From the NCBI GenBank assembly GCA_030704615.1, contig CM060731.1, forward strand, positions 74,214,001 through 74,278,000: 64,000 bases of DNA, read 5' to 3'. Within the stretch, counting starts at the first letter, position 1. Each line of letters starts with the position of its first letter. The translations under genes and the position numbers were made by a program. Below the pieces are notes generated by a model. It was not told where the DNA came from. It made no database searches and was given only the letters and a program-made list of their open reading frames with translations. Below, one piece after another: positions 13,060 through 24,318 of this stretch. The stretch comes from Takakia lepidozioides (lineage: Eukaryota; Plantae; Bryophyta).

Positions 13060-13500
13060 TATGAACATCACAGGGAGCTGCACACGCCGGCCCTCCCCTG
13101 ACTGCCATGCAGGCCTATAGGAAGCTGACTCCTCCCAAAAATCCAGGGTGAAGCCCATGGGGTACAACACTGCCCCACCAACCAGGACGTCGTATGAGAC
13201 TGCGTCTGTCACAATGGCCTTGGCTCGCATCACTGAGCATCTATCGGGTTGATCCGGCCGTAGTCTGATAGCCAACTCATGCCGTGTCATGCCGCCGAGC
13301 CTGGCTCCGATCCTCCCAGAGACGTCTGTATCTGGAAAAGACAAGGCTCCATATCCGCCTCCGTGAGGTCCAAGCCTGCAATAGCAGCTCTGCCCAGCAT
13401 CAGTGGCTGAGCTCCCGAGTCCAACAAGACTCGCAGTGGCCGGTACCTCTTGCCTGCCGGTCCACTCAAACAGAAAATGCCATCCTGGTTGTCTAACATG
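13060..13500 (-). pseudogene. Retroviral-type aspartic protease (frameshifted)
   Basis: PLRVLLDSGAQ catalytic motif and downstream YDVLVGG motif. Confidence 0.85.
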
Positions 13501-14188
13501 ACAACTCCAGGTGTCCCATGGCGCGCTCAATGGCTGGGCCTAGCTGGCAGCTCCATCACCTGGCAGCTGCAGCTTGCCATGGGCGCCGCCGTGCAGTCTT
13601 AACCCTCAAATCCGAGGATCCCTCCGGCACTACACCTCCACTATCTCCGCAGAAGATGAAGTAACCTCCCCTCTCACAGAGTGTAGCTGCCAGCCTGAAC
13701 ACCTCAGCTGGTCTTACCCCCGGCGTCGCAATCATGGTAGCCGAGAACAATGGAGCCTGGCACACAGATGTGGCGCGCCTAGCAGCACACTAGCTGCCGT
13801 AGCCTTGGCAACACTAGGTAGTGGTGCTACCCGTGTAGCTCTCCCCAATGGCATAGTAACCTCCGCCTCGGTAACAGTCGGGCGAGAACTAGGTGCCATG
13901 GATGGCGTCGACACTGTCTCCGCCAATGTGAATGACTGAGGAAGCCTAGCCTGACGGCTTGCCTCCCCACGCTGTGGATCCAACTCCACCTCTGCACCTC
14001 GTGGCTCAGGAACTCGTGCTGCTCCTCGAGTCACGGCTGCAGCAGACTCCACCTGCACTAGTGGTAGTGCTGCTCCACACATGAATCCCATGCCTCCCAT
14101 ATCTCCTCCCTCAGGAGCAGGAGGTGGACCATCCGGCCTTAGAGAGCCGGTACCACCTGAGCTGTAGCCATGGCAGCGAGCCTCTGCT

Positions 14189-15820
14189 CTAGCTGCTGAA
14201 GCCGGTTGGCCATGCCTTGGTCAACACCCCTGACCTCCGCGTCCTTGGCCACGTTGAGCTTGCCCTTGGCTGCACCTCGTGGCTGGCCACCTCGTCCCTC
14301 TGGGCTGCTCCACCTCGCCCCCGGCCACCATTGTTCCCTTGGAACTGGCCTGGGCGCAACTCAGGATGCAAACCATAACACTGAGCCTCTCCATGCCCGT
14401 GTTTGCCACAATGCCCACACTGTAACTGTGCAGGCTGTGCATGTGCCGGCCCTTTGCCTCCCTCTGGCAATCCTTCTTGACATGGGGTCCTCCACATGTC
14501 CAGCACACCACATCCGCCCGTTGTTGGCCAGCAAATGAAGGGAGAGACCCCTGCATCTGAGGTCCTCTCTGCCCTTCCCTGAGCTTCACCTGAGCCCCCT
14601 TGTTGCCTTGAGCACGTTGAGGTGGTGGTTGGCTAGGAGCACCACTACCCCGTGGTGTCTCCTTAGCAAATCCCACCATGACCACTCGTTCCTCCACCAT
14701 GTTGAGCTCTATCCGCTCTGCCAGCAAAAACACATTTGCTAAGGTGGGTTGGGCCGCTTGTAGGAGAGTTGCATCCCGCACCCTTCTCCTCAGCTCCTTG
14801 TCCAATATCCCATACCAGAATTGGACTGCCTGAGCTTCCGTAACCCCTTGGGTTACATTTATCAAGCGCCTCATGCGAGTGAAAGCCTCCCTCAAGCTCT
14901 CGGTCGGCTTCCGTTGGAACTCTTGCAAGCTCCGCAACTTCTCTGTCCTCACCCCTTGGTAGTTCCCTCTCAACTCTTCGAAGAACTCCACAACAGGGTT
15001 GAAGGCAGGCACGGGTGCTAGTGCTGGTGCGGTAGTGGCTTGGGTGGACGTCGTAGCTACTGTACCACCAGTCCCACTGCTGCTTGCTGAGCTGCCGGTG
15101 CAGCGGCAGGTGTAGCCACTGCCCTCGTGGCTCTAGTGCCCCTAGTGATGGAGACATAGTCGGGTGACCAGTACATCCTCCACTCCTCGATCTCAACCTC
15201 ATGCCCCCGCCTGAACTCATGGTAATCATCCATAGGCGGCCCCTCAAGGTGCTGAAACAGCCCCTTCCATGCCATGAAAGGCGTAAATAGTTGTGGATTG
15301 CGCATTTGCTGCAAATCACACCAACTATCAAACTCTTGGATAAAATCATCCAACTCGATGGTGCCCACCGCCCCAGAGTACCTTCGTGGCCCCTTGGTAG
15401 CTCCATACATCTCCTCCATTGTGTCCCACAACAATGGCAAAGAAACAACTTGCACCCGGTATGAGTCCTCCTGATTCACAATCCGAATCAGAACCTTCCG
15501 TAGAAGACACAGGAGGTGAAGGTGGCCTAAACCGCACACCTCGTCTCGTGTACCCACTAGTATCGCTAGTGCTCGAACCGGCACTGTCCCCAGCAACTAG
15601 TGGCACCTCCGTGTTGACACTCAACCGGTCTCATGAACATGTCCCTAACCCCCTCTCCACAAGGTAACCGGGTAGAGAACCTGCGGCTTATGGTTTGGAA
15701 TACTAAGTTCCTAACATAGCCTACACCTGTACCTGCATCCACCGCAAGCACTCCTATGGTTGGCTGGTCATCACCTCCAACCTCACCACAGGGAGAAACA
15801 ATGATGGTCTGGCTGGTCAT
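14189..15820 (-). pseudogene. gag of the DNMT-gypsy element (frameshifted), with two zinc knuckles
   Basis: Capsid-like YSGAVGTIELDDFIQEFDSWC and FQRKPTESLREAFTRM; knuckles CWTCGGPHVKKDC and CGHCGKHGHGEAQC. Start position uncertain. Confidence 0.8.
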
Positions 15821-16299
15821 CACCCCAGCCTCACCATCGACAGCATGCTCTAGGACTGGCCGGTGATCAAATCCGGACCAATCACTATAAAAACAAGCGC
15901 CCACACAAAACTAGCATGGCGCACAGTCAAGCATGCAGGTATGGAGGGGATCCAAACACAAGAAATCAGAACGACAACTCCCCCCACACCAAAAAAACAA
16001 CTCCACGGTGTTGCTCCTGCAAGGACACCCCAGCCCAAACCGGACTGACTCTTGCCTCCACCTACGGAAAGGTCTTGGCCTAATGAGAGGGTGGAAACTA
16101 CGAGGAAGAGAAGCTAAAGCAATGCCTAATGCATGCCCTCATCCCAACACTCTTCCTCTCCTCTCTTCACCTCACCTGGGGAATCATGAATACTCCAACC
16201 GCCCTCCACGAGCTTCAAATTCGGCCTTCCAGACCACATGCCAGTCCTTAGGCAGTCCACCAGTGCCTCCACGAGTCAGCACAGGCCGTCCACAGGGTG

Positions 16300-17320
16300 G
16301 GCCACCAACAGACCAGCACAGGCCCACACAGCTCACTGGTCACACGTCACCACAGGCCACTAGGCACAGTCACAGCTCGTCACAGCCTGCCGCACAGCCT
16401 GTCACAGAAACAGCCAAGGCCTCAGCACAGCCCCAAAGGCCATGGGCACGGCCTGTCACGGCCCCTCACAGCCCGTCACAGCCTCAAAGGCCTCAGGCAG
16501 GGTCACAGCCCTCCAAAGGCCTCACGGCCTCACAGCCCCTTCACAGCCCAAAGGCCTCAGGCGCGGCCTGTCACAGCCCTCACAGCCGTCACAGCCCCAA
16601 AGGCCATGGGCACGGCCTGTCACAGCCCCTCACAGCCCGTCACAGAGGCCTGCCTGTCACAGCCACAGCCCGTCACAGCACCCCTCAGGCCGTCACAGCC
16701 TCAAAGGCCTCGGGCACGGCCTGTCACAGGCCCCTCACAGCCGCAAAGGCCTCAGGCACGGCCTTCACAGCCCCTCACAGCCCTCACAGCCCAAAGGCCA
16801 TGGGCACAGCCTGTCACACCGTCACAGCCCCACAGGCCTGGGCACAGTCACAGCCCCGCACAGCCCCACAGGCATAGGCAGCCTGTCACAGCCCCATCAC
16901 AGCCCATCACAGCCTCAAAGGCCTCAGGCACGGCCTGTCACAGCCCCTCACAGCCTCACAGCCCCAAAGGCCAGCACAGCCACATCACAGCCCCCACAGG
17001 CCTCACAGCCTGTCACAGCCCCAAAAAGGCCACTGGCACAGCCTATCACAGCCTGACACAGCCGTCACAGCCCCACAGGGCACAGGGCACAGCCTCACAG
17101 CCCATCACAGCCCACAGCTTGCCACAGCCCGTCACAGCCCGTCACAGCCGCAAAGGCCTCAGGCACGGCCTGTCACAGCCCCCACAGCCCATCACAGCCC
17201 CAAAGGCACACAGCCTGTCACAGCCCGTCACAGCCCCATCACAGCCCCACACAGTCACAGCTCACAGCCTATCACAGCCCATCAGCCTGTTGCCACAGCC
17301 CGTCACCCACAGCCTGGCAC
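16300..17320. repeat. Degenerate CACAGCC(C)/AAAGGCCTC satellite in the 5' leader of the gypsy element
   Basis: About 1 kb of short interleaved units such as tcacagcccc, gcctgtcacag and aaaggcctcagg. Confidence 0.9.
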
Positions 17321-18835
17321 ACATGGCCGCTCTGGCAGTTTAGCCATTTCTCCAAGGGGTTTAGCCACGCCAAGCTAGGGTTTGTGTCTCTTGGACTCTA
17401 GGCTTCTTTCCACCGAGCTATGGTGGCTGTGAGGAAATCAGCAAGGTATCCTTGCTCTTTCGGCTCCCACACACCACCATAGTAGCCCTAAGCCATGAGG
17501 TGGTTGCCACAAACCAAGCCTTCTTTCTCACTTAGCCTCCCCAAACACGCCACTAAACTCAATGGCAAACAACCAAGCCCTGCTGGTTCCCAGCCCTTGT
17601 GAGCACTCATTCAAGCACTCTCATTGGCCATAACATCTGTCTTAGAGCCTATTCCAGCCCTCTACACCTGTTGCTTCAAGAGTTGCGCTCCCTTCAAGCT
17701 TGAAGTTGAAACCCCAACTCACATAGGCCCTACAAGTGCTTTTCTTTCACTCCAAGTGGAAACCAGCCCTAGACCTTCCGTTCTAGCTCTCTAAGGCTTG
17801 AAAACAAGAGCCTCAATGGGCTGAAGGCATGCTCCACACATGCCCCACTCTCACCATAAGAGAATCAGCTCATTTGCTTCATTTCTTGCATCCACAAACC
17901 TGAAAATACAAGCTTCAGCAGGCTGAAAGCATGCTCTACATGCCCTACAGGGAAACCAGCCCCTTCCTTCCTTCCTTGCACTCCCACACCTAAAAGTGCA
18001 AGCCTTCACCAGGCTGACAGCATGCTCCACACATACATTGCCCTCATAAGGGAAGTCAGCCCTTCCCTCTTCCTTGCTTGCCCTCCAAGCTTGAAGATGG
18101 AAGCTTCAATGAGCTGAATACATGCTCCACACATGCAACCTCTTCACACAGAGATATCAGCCCCCTATCTTGGCTCCTTGGCTCCTTGATGCTCTCTATG
18201 ACAAACTAAGCACTCCATAGCCTTTGCCAAGCTCCTGAAACCCTAAGGCTTACATTTCCAGCCACAAGACACTTCTTGTGGTGCAAGAACTCTTCTTCCA
18301 AGCTCTGAAACCCTAGGTGCACATTCCATGGCCTTGCCGCACCTCTTAGCTCATGTTCCAGCCCTGCTCTTGCCATGACAAGAGCCCTCTCAATGCTGAA
18401 GCTCGAGATTGAAACCCAATCTCACCATACTCCACAAAGTGCACTGATTTGCCCCAAGCAAAATCAGCCCTTTCGCTTGGTCTTGCAATCCTTCACACAA
18501 TGAAAGCTCGCATTCCCAAGTCCAGTTCTCAGCTTTGCCACCAAAGCCACTATAACCTGCTCTTGACTGGTCCTCTTCCCAATCGTGCTTGCTCATGCAT
18601 GTACACAATCTGAAACCATCAAGGTGCTCTGAAATTACCTGCAGCATGGTGCTTTCATCTCTGAAGCTGAAGATCGAATGCCAAGGTCTACCACCTCGTA
18701 ACCCACATCGCCTCCGCTTCTAACAACCAAGAGCTCCATGGTGCTCCTTGCATAACAACTTGGTTTCTCTCAATCTCAAGCAAAAACCACAAGTGCTACA
18801 ACTAACTCGTATCTAGCACTCATAGATACGAGCTG

Positions 18836-18847
18836 ATCTTTCTCGAG
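18836..18847 (-). promoter_or_regulatory. Primer-binding-site position, self-complementary (non-tRNA) type
   Basis: Follows the LTR CA end, lacks TGG, and 18836-18848 is the exact reverse complement of 19012-19024 inside the LTR. Confidence 0.6.
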
Positions 18848-19174
18848 TGATAAAGAAGAAGAATACAAGCACAAGCTCATGCGGGCTCACAAAGCTGAAG
18901 CATAAACTCATGCATATATAACCTCATCACTCAAATACAAGTCAAGCCAAGTGCACCCCACGCCATGGGGAATCCACACTACGGCGCCATAGCTAGGCGC
19001 GGTGAGGCTCAACTCGAGAAAGATGAGCCTCCCGCGCTTGCCGTGAAGATAACCACTCCAGGGCCTAAATCTGCCTTGACCCCTGGATTGACACTTGGGC
19101 CAATCCCAAATATCAATATGTAAAAACTAGCTATTTCCTAGCTAGTTTCACACTAGTGGTAAAATAACTTGACA
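18848..19174 (-). repeat. Terminal repeat segment B (327 bp; the only LTR part at the element 5' end)
   Basis: Appears identical to 7550-7876. Confidence 0.95.
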
Positions 19175-19896
19175 AATCACTCCAAGTAATGGTAACCACT
19201 GGTCAGTGGTTAATTCTGATGAAATGCCACGGTGGCAAAATATGGAGTGGTTGGAAGTGGTTTCAACCACTGAGTAATCCACGTGTAATATGTAATTTTA
19301 TATTTATTATTCGACATTTGGTCAAATATTTATATTAATAATGATAATATCCGACATGGACGGGTACAGTGATAAATTATGAGTGGTTAAAGACACCTCA
19401 GTGATAGGAAGTGGTTGAAACCACTTTCTACTCCACGGGGTAATAATTTGTTTTAAGATTTTTATCATTTCAAAATATATTATTCCACGTGGACGAGGAT
19501 AGTATTGGAGTGGATAAAGACCCCCCAGTGATTGGTACCACTTGCATAGTGGTGGAATGTGAGTGGTTAAGACCCTTTTGTAACTGGAACCACTCTTCAA
19601 GTGGGCACTTGTGAGTGGTTACATACACGTGAGTGATTGGTACTACTTCTAGGATGGTTGTGAGTGGTTGAAGACACCTCAGTGATGGGAGGTGATTGAA
19701 ACCACTTGCTACTCCACGTGTAATAATTCAATTTTTATTTAAGATTTATCATTTCAAAATATATTTAATTATGAACTATATTATTCCACGTGGACGGGGA
19801 CAGTATACGTAGATCTGGAGTGGTTAAAGACCCCCATTGATTGGTACCACTTTGAGAGTGGTGTAGAGTTAGTGGTTACAGACCATTTAGTAACTG

Positions 19897-19980
19897 GAAC
19901 CACTCGGTTAGTGGTGGGAACCACTCGGTTAGTGGTGGGAACCACTCGGACAGTGGTTGGAACCACTCGGCCAGTGGTTA
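19897..19980. repeat. 21-bp tandem palindromic repeat (CACTA subterminal type)
   Basis: About 4 copies of ggaaccactcggttagtggtg, each containing the ACCACT...AGTGGT inverted pair. Confidence 0.85.
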
Positions 19981-20248
19981 CGCGTTAGTGATTACATACA
20001 TACCAGTGATTGGTATTACTTCTGTGGTGAAAAACTTTAGTGGTTTGTGTGTTGATGGAAAACCCAAAATCCATCCATCTATCGCTACATTCATCCATCC
20101 AGTCATGAGTGAGGGGACTTCGCGTTTTTTTTTGTCTTCCCTGCCATTGGCATCTGTTTGTTTTCTTTGTGTCGAGTTTGATCGTGAAAGACAAACATGA
20201 CAGAGCTATGTTTGTTTTCTTATAGTGTCGAGTTTGATCATGAGAGAA

Positions 20249-20590
20249 GACGAGCGGAGCTGGTGGGATAGGGACAGACATGGACTCAAGACCTAGAATC
20301 GGGGCATGAAGGTGTGCATGATGGTGGGACAACCGCGATCGCAAGGTGTGGCTTTTTCTCAATGTACAATGACGAGCAAAGCTGGTGGGATAGGGGGCAG
20401 ACAGGGACTCAAGACCTAGAATCGGGGCATGAAGGCGTGCACGGTGATGGGACAACCGCGATCGTAAGGTGTGGCTTTTCTCAATGTACAATGACGAGCG
20501 GAGCTGGTGGGATAGGGGGCAGACAGGGACTCAAGCCCTAGAATCGGGGCATGAAGGCATGCACGATGGTGGGACAACTGCAATTGCGGG
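20249..20590. repeat. 122-bp tandem repeat, about 3 copies
   Basis: gacgagc..agctggtgggataggg recurs at 20249, 20371 and 20493. Confidence 0.9.
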
Positions 20591-22711
20591 GTTTGATACT
20601 CATGGGAGAAGGAACAACATTCTGAATTACAGTAAGAGGTCATGAAAGTGCTTGAGTGCTATGGAATGGGTGTCTCTGTTGGTGAAGTGTTGCTGGTGTA
20701 CTGCCTTTAGATGTTGCTCATGCCAGCGATACAATCATTAAAGTAGGGGATGTCTTGTGTGAAGAGATGGTGAAAGGATTGTTGAACATCTGCTGAACTT
20801 AGTTGGAAGGAGGACATGTGGTCTTTATATGAAAGTAAGTCTTACTACCAACGTCAGCCCCTGACAGAGGTAGGTTCTGTTCCTTTTGTTCTCGCTCAAA
20901 CTGGGCGCGGGGTCAATGGCCACAAGGCTACGGCAAACAACGTCTTATGAATACAATCTCACCCTTAGTTCCTCTCAGATGTGGAAGCGATTGAGCATTT
21001 TCATGATGTGTAGGGTTTAGGGTAGGGTTTTGTGTAAAGCAGAGGTAGAGGCAAAACCGAGCATGGTTTAGGGTAAATCTAAGAGAGTAAGAGGCTGGGG
21101 TGTATGGCGGAGGAATGATCTTTGGAGTGATGAACTGATAGAGAAGGGAGTGTGCGGGGCTGGACTGAGAGTGAGGGAGAGGCTGGAGAATGGCTCATGA
21201 AATGTATATGCTTACAGTGACTGAGATGGTGATTGGTTTATATAACCAAGCCTATTACTACTATGATTGGCTTGTGAACTTAAGGCATGAGTGGTTGATT
21301 GTTTCATTTCGAACCTGATATGCTTTGAGCCTGGTTCCGGAGTTTTATCTCCAGACCTGCAATCTGCTTTTGTGATGAGTTTACAATCTGCATATATGGT
21401 GGTAAATGTTATATATCAAACCTTGGTTCTTTCCTAAATGTGAATGACCTGGACACTTTGTGAGAAAGATGAATGGCTTACGAGTTGGACTATGTATGGC
21501 TTGACTACTGGATTAAATTTCAAAGGGTTAGAACATGTGTTAGGCTTTTAATACTGAATGGATGTGGGACATTGCTAGGGCGCCAGCATGACATTCCATG
21601 CATTCACGCCATTGGATGCCAAACTTTTCTTGGCATGTTGGGCCAAGGTTTGTATGCATTCACGAACTGCCGACCTTGCTCGTTGCCCGGTTGACCTTAT
21701 TTTCCATCATTGCTAACTTTGTGGGGTGGAGGGGCTTGTGTTAGGCTGCATCAAAGCGTGCAAAGGAAGGGGGGACTGAGGTTGTGGCGAATGCTACTGG
21801 TCCACCTACGACATGGTTGCAACAAGGCCCGAATGGCCCATGGGTGCAATCCAGAGGTGGGCAAACGTGGCTGCAGCAAGGAGCACCTACCTGGCAGCAG
21901 CCCATGGCCCCTCCACAGACGACGAACACGTGGTCATGGATTCCAAGTGGGTCCAATGGAGGACCCCAAGGAGCTTGGGTACAAGGAGGTGCCCAAACTT
22001 GGGGCCCTCCATGCAATGCCGCTGGTGGGCAGTGGGCAGGCCCCCCTTTTATTGGTGTGTGCCATGAATTCTATGCATCAGGTATGGTAAAACGTACTCA
22101 TGTACTATACCTTGTTGTTTTGTTGGCATGTAGAAGGGGACTAAAGCAGAGGACCCTGCCCCAGCCATCGTGAAGGGAGCTGAGAAGAAGTACATGCGAA
22201 AAGGAGAGCGTGTAACAGAGCCACTGCTGCCAAAGGCACAAAGTCCTTGACTGATGCAAATGGTGACATAACACCAAGTTCTAGCGGGAGTAAGAGTCAG
22301 GTGGGCCTCAGGAGGCACCTCTCCATGTAGCAGTTTCCGTACTAGAGATGAGCATGCATGCACATGTTGGCTATCAGTTCTGTACAATGTGGCCATTTAC
22401 ATGTTTGGTACTTCAAACTATTAGTAGATGCATTGCTAAATGAAACTGCTAAGGGGTGTTGGGCGTGATGTTTGCAGGCTGAGAAAGCCGCTCTTGATAC
22501 TGTCACCAACAGTGCACCAACTGCGGCGCCTTCAAAGGCAACCCCCAAATATCAACCCCCTGCCACAGTGGCAGATATTCTTATGCTACCAAAAGTACTC
22601 TACATTTCAATGATTGCTTATACTGGGCGGTCCTCATTATCTAGTTTTCAATGTACATGTATGTCTTCATGGGTTGATTAATGTGGGTTTTATGGTGGGT
22701 GTTGTGTGCAG

Positions 22712-22956
22712 TTTAAGTTGAAGGACAAAATCAGCATGTATGATCCTCATTTACCATGACACAAGGCTGCCAGTGGAATTGTCACTGGTGTGCCTGGCAA
22801 AGATACATATCACTGCCGTGTTATACCTGAGGGATTGTGGCGGGTTGAGGTGAATGATATCTATATTTCCAATTATGTCTTGCCTCACCCTAACGAGGAA
22901 GAGGTCCCACCGCAAACAATGTTGGAGGATGTCGTTGGTCTGAATTGTCTTTGGCT
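22712..22956 (+). pseudogene. CACTA TnpA/Tnp1-like (DUF8039-type) exon, truncated
   Basis: AASGIVTG...YHCRVIPEGLWRVEV...LPHP...LEDVVG...W fits the recalled En/Spm TnpA C-terminal pattern; follows an acceptor tgtgcag; has an in-frame stop. Confidence 0.55.
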
Positions 22957-23962
22957 AGAGAAGAGTGTGATGTCTTTTTCTTTTCCCACACTTAGCTCCT
23001 TGGTCATGTCTTCAGTGACCCAGGCTGAGCAAAAGCCTTCCCCATCCTCCGGGAAGCAAAAGTTAGTGTAATCGTCAAAGAAAGTATAGACGAGCGGGGT
23101 CACACAGATCGCTGCCCTGTCTCTCGCATAAACCGATCCTGGGGCCCAACCAGTCAAAGGCCTATTTTTGAAGGAGTGCAGCTCGAGGAAGGAAATCGCC
23201 AGGCTGGTGCTGTCCAAGAGTTGTAGCTCTTCTTGCGAGAAAGAGAACGAGGCCCAAGCTTCCTTCATCCTGACTGGGTGAAGATCATATGGCTGGTTGG
23301 GATGAACCCATTTGGACTTGTCTTCACTTCGTTTCCTTTTTTTGGAGGACTGGCCTGCCTGAAGCCTTTCTGCATCCGATTCCAGGGAGACTTGCATTGT
23401 AGTATCTGGAGCCACCAGGTTAAATGAAGAGCATGGTTTGTCGTTTGGCATGCACGAGGGCTTGGAGGATTCAGAGCTTTTTTGCTTGCTGAGCTTTGGG
23501 CAGTTGGAGCGAATATGGCCTTCTCCATTGCAGATGACGCAGATCGTAGAGATGAGTTCTTCTTTGATTGTGACCCCAATCATGGATCCAGGGGAAGAGG
23601 AAGACCTTGACCGCAGACAACTGCGTGTTGAATTTTAGAGCCAGCTCTGCTTCCTCCGATGAACTGAAAAGGGCCAAATAGAAACCTCTACCCATGAAGA
23701 GGCAATAGTGATGGGGAAGACCTCCCTCCGCTCCGAGGTGCTCCACTATCCAAGTGCGTACCGAACTCCTGGATTTAAGTTTCCCAGGGAAATAGATGAG
23801 GATCCCTCTTTGCGTGAGTTTTACCATCTGCGTTTTGAGTTTTCCCTTGTCCAATTGCAGAACTGGCTGATTGGTGACCATCTTGGGTATGGAGTCGTCC
23901 CATAATGCATCCTCTGCCCTGGGAGATTGCATGTATGTGGATGGGCTTGGGCCTTTACCCAA
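22957..23962 (-). pseudogene. LINE ORF1, N-terminal part (DUF4283-like plus zinc knuckle)
   Basis: FMGRGFYLALFSSSEEAELAL...FLFPW resembles plant L1 ORF1; CVICNGEGHIRSNC is a CX2CX4HX4C knuckle. Confidence 0.8.
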
Positions 23963-24164
23963 AATGGAATCCCCCGAACCGTTGGAAGTCAGATAATTTT
24001 TAACAATCCATTTTGCCTTCCCTCTGCTTACCGCTTACCTTTGAATTTCCAGCTTTGCAATAAACAAAGGGATGACGAGAAGCTGGAGACTCCAGCATCT
24101 CACTTTTTTGAAGTTGCAAAATCAAACAAAAACTCTAGTATTATCTAACATCATACACTAATCG

Positions 24165-24318
24165 GTATCCGAACCTGAGACCCCACATGCATGACCATGT
24201 ATGTCTGACTATGCATGAAGATGGGCATCCACTGAGCTTCTCAGGACTTCGAAATTTTTTGAAGTGGCAGCGCAACAACCTCAGTTGCAGAGCTGTTGAG
24301 ATTCGATCCTGAAACCTT
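24165..24318 (-). repeat. Right inverted-repeat arm of the same TIR/foldback-like element
   Basis: Reverse complement aligns to 395-552 with a few substitutions and small indels. Confidence 0.75.

Larger units (their letters stand above)
7361..19174 (-). mobile_element. Ty3/gypsy LTR retrotransposon carrying a C5 DNA methyltransferase and a PHD finger, with permuted terminal repeats
   Basis: Ends TGTC...GACA; AATC at 7357-7360 and 19175-19178; domain order gag-PR-DNMT-RT-RNaseH-IN-PHD on the minus strand. Confidence 0.93.
6249..22956 (+). mobile_element. CACTA (En/Spm) DNA transposon derivative, right TIR missing
   Basis: Starts CACTAGAAGAAAAACGC; AGA at 6246-6248 and 22957-22959 (3-bp TSD-like); dense AACCACT/AGTGGTT subterminal repeats at 6270-7100 and 19180-20050; TnpA-like exon near the right end. 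Confidence 0.8.
1445..24150 (-). mobile_element. L1-clade LINE retrotransposon interrupted by a 16.7-kb nested insertion (6249-22956)
   Basis: ORF1 (DUF4283-like plus CCHC) at 23962-22957 continues in frame at 6248-5535; ORF2 (APE then RT) follows at 5379-1771; (TA)n tail at about 1445-1457. Outer ends approximate; no TSD found. Confidence 0.85.

Noticed and set aside
15933-17343. Long plus-strand ORFs (314, 348 and 204 aa) rich in S/Q/P/T/A/H
   Set aside because: Open in all three frames because the CACAGCC satellite lacks stop codons; antisense to the element and with no recognisable domain.
7361-19174. Classifying the split-repeat element as DIRS/Ngaro
   Set aside because: No tyrosine recombinase seen; it has a protease, an HHCC/DDE integrase, a PPT and a TSD.
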